Shown: positions 25,397 through 32,000 of the stretch, piece after piece
Layout of the letters: every line of letters starts with the position of its first letter
How positions within the stretch are numbered: the first letter of the stretch is position 1
NCBI GenBank assembly: GCA_037444445.1
Contig: JBBIMK010000001.1
Location: forward strand, 229,675-261,674
From: a bacterium
GTDB lineage: Bacteria > UBP7 > UBA6624 > JBBIMK01
DNA length: 32,000 bases
Direction: 5' to 3'
Notes under the pieces: model-generated
The model's input: only the letters and a program-made list of their open reading frames with translations
What the model was told of the DNA's origin: nothing
Database searches by the model: none
Translations under genes and position numbers: made by a program

Positions 25397-25426
25397 ATTG
25401 TAGCATTTCCGCCGAGAAAATCACAA
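25397..25426 (-). promoter_or_regulatory. candidate sigma70 promoter of the suhB-to-Memo operon
   Basis: Minus strand reads TTGTGA-N18-TACAAT (-35 at 25426-25421, -10 at 25402-25397), implying a very short leader before the suhB ATG. Confidence 0.4.
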
Positions 25427-25443
25427 CGGAAAGATGTAGTAAA

Positions 25444-25944
25444 ATGAAAATAAGAGGAAGGATGACAGGAAAACATCTAAATTACAATGAGGTATTAAGC
25501 CGAATTCAGGAGTGCGGGAAAAGTTCTCAACACCTCCAGGACTTTACAAGAAAAATCGTGGAAATCCTGTATGAAGAGTTTGAACACTATCATTGGATTG
25601 GCTTCTACTGGGTTCGGGGAGATGTGCTGGAATTGGGAGAATGGAAGGGAAAATCCGCCACAGAGCACATAAAAATTCCACTGGGTCAAGGGATTTGTGG
25701 TGCGGCAGCCGCTGCAGGCAAAACGGAGAATATCCCGGATGTAACCAGGGACTCCCGCTATCTGGCTTGCTTTCCTTCCTCACGCTCTGAAGTGGTGGTC
25801 CCCATTAAGTCCTCAATAAAGGTCATAGGTGAAATAGATATTGATTCTGACCAGCTTTCTGCTTTCACGGACGAGGATGTGAGATTTTTAGAATCGGTAG
25901 CAGAGGTAGTGGCTTCCTTCTACTGCACTGAAAGGGGGCAATAG
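25444..25944 (+). CDS. GAF domain protein, free methionine-(R)-sulfoxide reductase (fRMsr/YebR)-like
   Basis: HWIGFYWV, PLGQGICGAAAAAGKTENIPDV and YLACFPSSRSEVVVPI with both conserved Cys. An alternative start at ATG 25465 has a better SD (AAGAGGAAGG). Confidence 0.8.
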   Translation: MKIRGRMTGKHLNYNEVLSRIQECGKSSQHLQDFTRKIVEILYEEFEHYHWIGFYWVRGDVLELGEWKGKSATEHIKIPLGQGICGAAAAAGKTENIPDVTRDSRYLACFPSSRSEVVVPIKSSIKVIGEIDIDSDQLSAFTDEDVRFLESVAEVVASFYCTERGQ

Positions 25945-26079
25945 CCTTTTATACTTCCACAGGTGATTCTGATGTCCTCTGACCACCGGATTGAAAATTT
26001 TAACCAAAGGTGGCCCCTTGTGCAGGGCAAGTGACTTTTCTTCACCCGGTTACAAATGGGTAGAAGGTTTGCATGAGAA

Positions 26080-26109
26080 TTCAAAAGGTCAAAGGATATC
26101 TGATATAAT
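26080..26109 (+). promoter_or_regulatory. candidate promoter of htpX with extended -10 (TGATATAAT)
   Basis: TTCAAA-N18-TATAAT with a TG motif at 26101-26102. It ends 17 nt before the htpX ATG. Confidence 0.45.
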
Positions 26110-26126
26110 ACGAAGTGGTGATGTAA

Positions 26127-27014
26127 ATGAGAGGTATTGTATTAAACTACCAGTTAAAAACAGCGGTATTTATGGGGGGATTGGTGTTGATTCTTTTAGC
26201 CCTGGGTCAAATAGTCGGAGGCACAACCGGAGTTATCTACGCTCTGATTTTTGCAGGAATTTTTAATCTGATTCTCTACTGGTATTCCGATAAAATTGCC
26301 CTGCTGGCACATGGCGCCAGGCCTGCGACCGAGGAAGAATACCCGCAACTTCACCGGATAGTCTCTGAACTGGCTATGAATGCAGGAGTTCCCAGGCCGA
26401 AAATCTATGTGATTCCGAACCAGAGCCCCAATGCGTTTGCGACCGGGCGGGATCCGGCTCACTCCGCCGTAGCGGTTACTGCAGGAATTCTTCAGATTCT
26501 GGATGAAAAAGAACTGCGGGGGGTCCTGGGGCATGAACTTTCTCACGTTCAACATCGGGACATACTGGTCACCACCCTTGCTTCCATCATAGCGGCTGCC
26601 ATTTTTATGATTGCCCGAATGCTCCAGTGGGCTTTTATTTGGGGGTTCGGGGACCGGGATAGCCGGCGTGAGTCCAATCCACTGGCGCTGATGGCTGTGG
26701 TGGCTATGGTCATACTGGCGCCCATCGCCGCCGTGGTTCTTCAATCCATGATTTCCAAAAATAGAGAGTTTATGGCGGATGCAGGTGGAGCCAAACTCAG
26801 TCATGACCCACTTTCATTAGCGAGTGCCCTTCGCAAACTTTCCACCTGGAGTCGACGGATGCCCCTTGCCACTTCGCCCGCCTTTCATTCTCTTTACATC
26901 GTGCACGCCTATTTTGGAAATTTCGGCGCCCTTTTTTCCACTCATCCCCCGATAGAAGCCCGAATCCAAAAACTGGAAGAGATGGCCCGAACCTTTTCCT
27001 ACTTAACTGAATGA
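26127..27014 (+). CDS. htpX: zinc metalloprotease HtpX (M48)
   Basis: N-terminal TM pair, NAFATGRDP, HEXXH as GHELSHVQHRD, two further TM helices, then REFMADAGGA and STHPPIEARI. Confidence 0.92.
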   Translation: MRGIVLNYQLKTAVFMGGLVLILLALGQIVGGTTGVIYALIFAGIFNLILYWYSDKIALLAHGARPATEEEYPQLHRIVSELAMNAGVPRPKIYVIPNQSPNAFATGRDPAHSAVAVTAGILQILDEKELRGVLGHELSHVQHRDILVTTLASIIAAAIFMIARMLQWAFIWGFGDRDSRRESNPLALMAVVAMVILAPIAAVVLQSMISKNREFMADAGGAKLSHDPLSLASALRKLSTWSRRMPLATSPAFHSLYIVHAYFGNFGALFSTHPPIEARIQKLEEMARTFSYLTE

Positions 27015-27107
27015 GAATAGAGAAGAAATGGAAACGCTGTTCAGATTTCCGCTCCCTCGGATGAAAAAAAATGAGAGCCCACAGGAGGGAAGATTTTTAC
27101 TCTGCGT

Positions 27108-27581
27108 TTGCTTTCTGTCTCTATCTCCTTGATTTTTTTGTTGTCTGCGGCAATTCCGCCGTTTACGATATCTGAATCCACTGTTACCCTTTACAGTAAA
27201 GAGGGGAAAAAAATCGCTGTGATGACACACAAGGGCGCCTCAACAGTGAAGGAGCAAATGATTTTCCTTCAACCGCAGGTCACCCTGTTACAAAAGGGAG
27301 GAGAATGGAAAATGACAGCAGAGCGAGCCATCTCATCATCTACTGGCGAGGATTGGCTCCTGGAAGGAAATGTCCGTGGAACCCGCAAATCCTCAGATTT
27401 TACTTTCCGAACTTCCTCCCTTCACTACACACCGGAAGGGAAAAAAATATGGGGGAAAGAACGAGTGCAGGTGGAATATGCCGGGCTATGGCTGGAAGGG
27501 GTAGGCTTTGAACTGGACCTGGAGATTCAGCGCCTCTATGTGGAAAAAGAGGTGATGATGAAAAGTGCCCCGGCGGAGTGA
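27108..27581 (+). CDS. LptC/OstA-like periplasmic beta-jellyroll protein (putative); start uncertain
   Basis: N-terminal hydrophobic anchor, then an alternating beta-strand pattern with A..A......L.GNV... and ..L.Y......I.G...V features reminiscent of LptC. No ATG in frame (TTG 27108, CTG 27102 and ATT 27093 are possible). 17-nt overlap with carB. Confidence 0.45.
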   Translation: MLSVSISLIFLLSAAIPPFTISESTVTLYSKEGKKIAVMTHKGASTVKEQMIFLQPQVTLLQKGGEWKMTAERAISSSTGEDWLLEGNVRGTRKSSDFTFRTSSLHYTPEGKKIWGKERVQVEYAGLWLEGVGFELDLEIQRLYVEKEVMMKSAPAE

Positions 27582-30500
27582 CATCCGAAAGGTGCTGGTC
27601 ATCGGCTCCGGTCCCATCGTTATTGGCCAGGCGGCAGAGTTTGACTATTCCGGCACCCAGGCCTGTAAAGCCCTGAGAGAAGAAGGCTGTCAGGTGGTTC
27701 TGGTCAACAATAACCCGGCTACGATAATGACAGACCGGGAGATGGCGGATTCCATTTATCTGGAGCCGCTCACCGTAGAGAGCCTGGAAGAAATTATTCG
27801 CCTGGAGCGTCCCCAGGGGCTACTTGCCACTCTCGGCGGGCAAACGGGCTTAAATCTTACCGTTCAACTGGAGGAAGCCGGTATCCTGAAAAAATACGAT
27901 GTGCAACCCCTGGGGACCGCTCTATCATCCATCCGCTATGCGGAGGACCGAGAGCAATTCAAAAGCCTCATGATGAGGATTCAAGAACCCGTGCCCGAAA
28001 GCAAAACAGTGCAATCGGTGGAAGAGGCAGAAGCGTTCGCTTCAGAAATAGGCTTTCCGCTGGTGATTCGGCCAGCCTATACCCTTGGAGGGACCGGTGG
28101 GGGAGTGGCGAATACCCTGGAAGAACTCCACACTACCGTTGTCAGAGGGCTTGCCTGGAGCATGATTCACCAGGTGCTGGTAGAAAAATATCTCAAGGGG
28201 TGGGGAGAAATAGAGTATGAAGTGATGCGAGATGGAGCGGATACCTGCATCACGGTTTGCAACATGGAAAATTTTGACCCTATGGGCGTTCACACGGGAG
28301 ATAGCATTGTGGTGTCGCCCAGTCAGACTCTCACGGATAAAACCTACCAGCGTCTGCGCTCCGCCGCCCAAAAAATCATTCGCGCTCTGTCAATTGAAGG
28401 CGGGTGCAACATCCAGTTCGCCCTTTCCCCCGACCAGAAACAATACTATGTCATTGAAGTCAACCCAAGGGTTAGCCGCTCCAGCGCTCTGGCTTCCAAA
28501 GCCACCGGCTATCCCATCGCTCGGGTAGCATCCAAAATTGCCCTGGGGTTACGATTGGATGAAATACTGAATCGGGTCACGGGAAAGACTTACGCCAGTT
28601 TTGAACCTGCCCTGGATTATGTTGTCGTGAAAATCCCCCGCTGGCCCTTTGATAAGTTCTCCCGTGCTGACCGAACTCTTGGAACACAGATGAAAGCGAC
28701 AGGCGAAGTGATGGCCATCGGGCGCTCCTTTGAAGAAGCCCTCCTGAAAGCCGTTCGTTCTCTGGAGATTGATGCCTGCGGTCTGCTGTACGACCCTCTT
28801 TCAACGATTTCCGACGAAGCCTTGCTGGAGAAAATCCGTATCCCCACGGATGAACGACTTTTCGCCATTGCTGAAGCGTTCCGCCGAAATTTTACTGTAG
28901 AACAAATCTTTTCCGCCTGCTATATTCAGCCTTTCTTCCTCCGGAGCATTGCCCGAATTGTGGAAATGGAACAAGAGATCCGGCGAAATTCCTCAAGCCC
29001 AGAGCGTTACCGACGCGCCAAAAAAATCGGATTTTCCGATGCTTGCATCGCACGACTCACTGGAAAGCGTGAGGAAGAAATCAGGGAACTTCGGAAAACC
29101 TGGAGCATCCGCCCGGTGTTCAAAATGGTGGACACCTGCGCCGGTGAGTTTGAAGCGGCCACACCCTATTTTTATTCCGCCTACCGAAGCGAGAATGAAT
29201 CCGTATCCTCCCAGCGAAAAAAAACCATCGTCATCGGGTCAGGGCCCATCCGTATCGGGCAGGGTATAGAGTTTGACTACTGTAGCATCCACGCTGTCCA
29301 GGCGCTCCAGGAAGAGGGGTATGAGGCAATCATCATCAACAATAACCCAGAAACCGTGAGCACGGATTTTGACACTTCTGATAAGCTCTATTTTGAACCC
29401 TTAACCCTGGAGGATGTCCTGCATGTAGTGGACCTGGAAAGAGCAGAGGGGGTCATCGTGCAATTTGGAGGGCAAACTGCCATCAATCTGGCGGGTCCCC
29501 TTCATGCTGCCGGGGTACCCATACTCGGCACCCGGGTGGAAAATATTGATATAGCGGAAGACCGGAAGAAAACCGATGCCCTTCTTCAGTCGCTGGGGAT
29601 TCCCCGTCCTCCTGGACGGGCAGTGTTTGCGTCCTCGGAAGCCTTCCGGGCTGCGGAAGAACTGGGCTATCCAGTGCTGGTGCGCCCTTCCTATGTTCTG
29701 GGAGGGCGAGCCATGGAAATCGTCTACGATGAAAATGAATTGAAAGAATTTGTCCACGAGGCTGTTCGAGCCACCCGAGATAAGCCCCTCCTGGTGGATA
29801 AATATATTCGGGGGAAAGAGCTGGAAGTGGACCTGGTGAGCGATGGAAACGAGGTTCTCATTCCCGGGATTATGGAACATATTGAGCGAGCCGGTATTCA
29901 TTCCGGAGATAGCGTCGCCGTGTACCCTTCCGTCCGTCTCAGCCGTCTCGTGAAAGAAAAAATTGAAGATTATAGCAAACGGATTGCCCGTGCTCTTCAG
30001 GTTCAAGGCCTTCTGAACATCCAGTTTGTGGCAAGAGGGGAAGAAGTATTTGTGTTAGAAATCAACCCTCGTGCAAGTCGCACCGTGCCCTTTATTGGAA
30101 AAGCCACCGGAATTCCCCTGGTAAAACTGGCGGTGCAGGTCATCACCGGAAAGCCCCTGAAAAACCTGGGGTACCCTCTCGGCTTGTTGCCAGATGGCCC
30201 TTATTATGCTGTAAAGGCACCTGTGTTCTCCTTTTCCAAACTTACCGCCGTGGATGTGCAACTGGGTCCTGAAATGAAATCTACGGGAGAAATTATGGGC
30301 ATTGGAACCACCTATGCCGAGGCACTTTTCAAAGCATTTGAAGGGCTGGGGATGGCTTCATTGGCTCCAGAGAAGGGAGCCTGCCTGCTCACCGTAGCGG
30401 ACCGGGACAAAGAAGAAAGCGTAGACATCGCCAGACGACTACTGGACCTGGGATTTAAGATTTACTCCACAAAGGGAACAGCTGATTTTCTCCGCGCCCG

Positions 30501-30831
30501 GGATATTCCCGCAATTCCTGTGAAAAAAATTCACGAAGGAGAGCCCAATCTTCTGAGCCTGATTGGGGAAGGGAAGGTGGCTCTTTTAATCAACACCGTG
30601 AGCCCCAACCGGGAAGCCGAGAAGGACGGGCTTAAGATTCGCCGTGCCTCAGTAGAAATGAGCATCCCTTGCATCACCTCACTGGATACTGCCCGAACCC
30701 TCTTGAACGCTTATGAATTTCTGGGATGGGAACGCACGGAAGTGAAACCCATTCGTGCCAATGATATATCGGTCTTGAACACCCGAGAAGAAGGAAAACA
30801 TGCCCGTTTATCTGAAATGCCCGGTCGTTAG
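27565..30831 (+). CDS. carB: carbamoyl-phosphate synthase large subunit
   Basis: [33 protein letters not shown], duplicated ATP-grasp halves (second: [22 protein letters not shown]) and a C-terminal MGS-like domain. GTG start. Confidence 0.96.
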   Translation: MPRRSDIRKVLVIGSGPIVIGQAAEFDYSGTQACKALREEGCQVVLVNNNPATIMTDREMADSIYLEPLTVESLEEIIRLERPQGLLATLGGQTGLNLTVQLEEAGILKKYDVQPLGTALSSIRYAEDREQFKSLMMRIQEPVPESKTVQSVEEAEAFASEIGFPLVIRPAYTLGGTGGGVANTLEELHTTVVRGLAWSMIHQVLVEKYLKGWGEIEYEVMRDGADTCITVCNMENFDPMGVHTGDSIVVSPSQTLTDKTYQRLRSAAQKIIRALSIEGGCNIQFALSPDQKQYYVIEVNPRVSRSSALASKATGYPIARVASKIALGLRLDEILNRVTGKTYASFEPALDYVVVKIPRWPFDKFSRADRTLGTQMKATGEVMAIGRSFEEALLKAVRSLEIDACGLLYDPLSTISDEALLEKIRIPTDERLFAIAEAFRRNFTVEQIFSACYIQPFFLRSIARIVEMEQEIRRNSSSPERYRRAKKIGFSDACIARLTGKREEEIRELRKTWSIRPVFKMVDTCAGEFEAATPYFYSAYRSENESVSSQRKKTIVIGSGPIRIGQGIEFDYCSIHAVQALQEEGYEAIIINNNPETVSTDFDTSDKLYFEPLTLEDVLHVVDLERAEGVIVQFGGQTAINLAGPLHAAGVPILGTRVENIDIAEDRKKTDALLQSLGIPRPPGRAVFASSEAFRAAEELGYPVLVRPSYVLGGRAMEIVYDENELKEFVHEAVRATRDKPLLVDKYIRGKELEVDLVSDGNEVLIPGIMEHIERAGIHSGDSVAVYPSVRLSRLVKEKIEDYSKRIARALQVQGLLNIQFVARGEEVFVLEINPRASRTVPFIGKATGIPLVKLAVQVITGKPLKNLGYPLGLLPDGPYYAVKAPVFSFSKLTAVDVQLGPEMKSTGEIMGIGTTYAEALFKAFEGLGMASLAPEKGACLLTVADRDKEESVDIARRLLDLGFKIYSTKGTADFLRARDIPAIPVKKIHEGEPNLLSLIGEGKVALLINTVSPNREAEKDGLKIRRASVEMSIPCITSLDTARTLLNAYEFLGWERTEVKPIRANDISVLNTREEGKHARLSEMPGR

Positions 30832-31561
30832 TCAGGAATCCTTAACCCCCACCCATTTTCTGCTGAAACTCAAAGCAGAAGAAATCTGCCATCAGGGATT
30901 ACCCGGGATGTTCGTGATGATTCAGTGCTGGGAACCGGGCACTGCTGACCCTTTCCTGCCCAGAGCCTTCAGTATCTGCGATTATGAAAAGCCAGCCATA
31001 GAGATATTTTATAAAACCTGGGGGATCGGCACTTACTGGATGACACGACTGAAGCCCGGCGACACAGTTCATCTATTCGGGCCTCTCGGAAAAAGATTTG
31101 ACCTTTCTCCTTACACCCACAGAATCTTGATTGGGGGTGGCACAGGGATTGCTCCCCTGGTTGCCCTCACAAGATTCATCTCCGAGCAAAAAATCACGGT
31201 TATCCTCGGAGCAAAAACGCAGGACGAACTCTTCTTTGAAAATACCTTCCGTGAGCGTGGTGCCACCGTCCTCCTTGCCACGGAAGATGGCTCCAGAGGG
31301 CATTGTGGCCTTCCCACAGAGATATTGAACGAACTCATTCAACGAGAAAAGTCGGAATCGCTCCATATTACAGGATGTGGACCTCTGCCCATGCTACAGA
31401 AAATCTGGGAGACTGCAGAACGAGCGAAGATTTTATGCCAGTTAGCCATAGAAAGCCCTATGGCTTGCGGTGTAGGAGCCTGCCTCGGTTGCACGGACCC
31501 CTTCTGGGGAATCAAAACCTGCACAGAAGGACCCGTGGTTTCCAATTATTCCCCGCCCTGA
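30800..31561 (+). CDS. pyrK: dihydroorotate dehydrogenase (type 1B) electron-transfer subunit
   Basis: FAD/NAD reductase fold ([35 protein letters not shown]) and C-terminal 2Fe-2S motif [11 protein letters not shown]...C. SD AAGGA 5 nt before the ATG. 32-nt overlap with carB. Confidence 0.87.
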   Translation: MPVYLKCPVVSQESLTPTHFLLKLKAEEICHQGLPGMFVMIQCWEPGTADPFLPRAFSICDYEKPAIEIFYKTWGIGTYWMTRLKPGDTVHLFGPLGKRFDLSPYTHRILIGGGTGIAPLVALTRFISEQKITVILGAKTQDELFFENTFRERGATVLLATEDGSRGHCGLPTEILNELIQREKSESLHITGCGPLPMLQKIWETAERAKILCQLAIESPMACGVGACLGCTDPFWGIKTCTEGPVVSNYSPP

Positions 31562-31710
31562 CTTTGAAGGGTATGGCACCCTCTGCTATGCCGTCCACCG
31601 AAAAACATAACAGAGAAAAATTATCTCCTATCATCTTACCGTCAAGTCGGATTACCCTGTATTGGGTCAAGAGATTCTGACCACCCTGAACGATTTTTTT
31701 ATACCCCTCT

Positions 31711-31914
31711 TTATAGAGAAAATCTAAAAGCAGAGGAGGAAAAAGAGCCAATTTTACCCACCCGGCATATCCTGCTCCTCTTAACTTTTCCCAGCGGGGT
31801 TTTTCCTTCCATCCCTGTTCCCTGGTGTGGCCTCAGCCGATTATAATAATACACCCACGCAGACGCCTTCTGGACTTTTGGGGTCAGACCCCAAAAGGTG
31901 ACAGTATCACCTGG
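31711..31914 (-). pseudogene. C-terminal remnant of a DDE transposase/integrase (rve core domain)
   Basis: The minus-strand frame, open for 67 codons with no start, reads PGDTVTFWGLTPKVQKASAWVYYYNRLRPHQGTGMEGKTPLGKV...*. The W..YYN..RPHQ....G.TP motif closes rve-type catalytic domains (IS3/IS481-like). All three frames upstream (31915-32000) are closed. Confidence 0.45.
31875..31897. repeat. perfect 23-nt palindrome (11-bp arms)
   Basis: CTTTTGGGGTC-A-GACCCCAAAAG, immediately followed by a second small hairpin GGTGA-cagta-TCACC (31897-31911). Confidence 0.8.
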
Positions 31915-32000
31915 TCAGGATTTATTGACTCAAAAAGTATAATCACTTGACTTTTTCTTTAGCTTATAGTAGGATAATATTGCAAGGTTGGAAATTAGAC

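Noticed and set aside
26196-26804. 202-aa ORF antisense to htpX
   Set aside because: htpX has HEXXH and the full M48 pattern. The antisense frame is Gly/His/Arg-rich junk.
27003-27230. 75-aa minus-strand ORF across the htpX/LptC-like spacer
   Set aside because: It is basic with low complexity and overlaps two better-supported plus-strand genes.
29401-30006. 201-aa ORF antisense to carB, and other antisense ORFs at 28042-28868
   Set aside because: These are antisense frames of a highly conserved gene, with no motifs.
31303-31751. 125-aa plus-strand and 79-aa minus-strand ORFs around the pyrK 3' end
   Set aside because: They overlap pyrK out of frame or on the antisense strand, with no SD or motifs. 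I also checked for a pyrD N-terminal remnant downstream of pyrK and found no convincing match.
1-32000. CRISPR arrays, rRNA, prophage or defence-island content
   Set aside because: By eye I saw no direct-repeat/spacer periodicity, no rRNA-like stretch, no phage structural or integrase genes other than the decayed remnant at 31.7-31.9 kb, and no recognisable defence-gene motifs.

Overview
This is a gene-dense bacterial chromosomal segment with about 36 protein genes, 3 tRNAs and one transposase remnant. I saw no CRISPR array, rRNA or intact mobile element. All family calls rest on motifs read from the translations; no database search was run. No lineage can be assigned from sequence alone. An LptC-like protein and an FNR-type regulator hint at a diderm, oxygen-sensitive organism.

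Layout:
- 1-5516: ftsH 3' end, then a long minus-strand operon rpmH-rnpA-yidD-yidC-jag-(Cys-less thioredoxin-fold protein)-cmk-plsC. rpmH (47 aa) is missing from the ORF track.
- 5.7-8.3 kb: an orphan gene, an AmpD-like amidase fused to a tRNA-Val/tRNA-Asp transcription unit, an FNR-type regulator and a second orphan gene.
- 8.3-16.4 kb: minus-strand run of membrane protein-DUF4129-DUF4350-MoxR-DUF58, preceded by tlpA, mutL, a macrodomain gene and tRNA-Thr.
- 16.4-20.4 kb: orphan membrane protein, orphan XdhC-like protein and tdh-kbl.
- 20.6-25.4 kb: minus-strand operon suhB-RDD-class III aminotransferase-secreted 6xEF-hand protein-Memo with an extra N-terminal domain.
- 25.4-31.6 kb: GAF/fRMsr-like gene, htpX, LptC-like gene, carB and pyrK.
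- 31.7-31.9 kb: integrase-core (rve) C-terminal remnant carrying a perfect palindrome.

Best candidates for undescribed biology:
1. The five-gene membrane-anchored MoxR/DUF58 module, whose vWA MIDAS motif is degenerate.
2. The Memo protein with a PqqD/RRE-like N-terminal domain, embedded in an unusual operon with a secreted EF-hand protein and an RDD protein.
3. A short-form YidC carrying a ~220-aa periplasmic insertion of repeated beta-sandwich-like modules.
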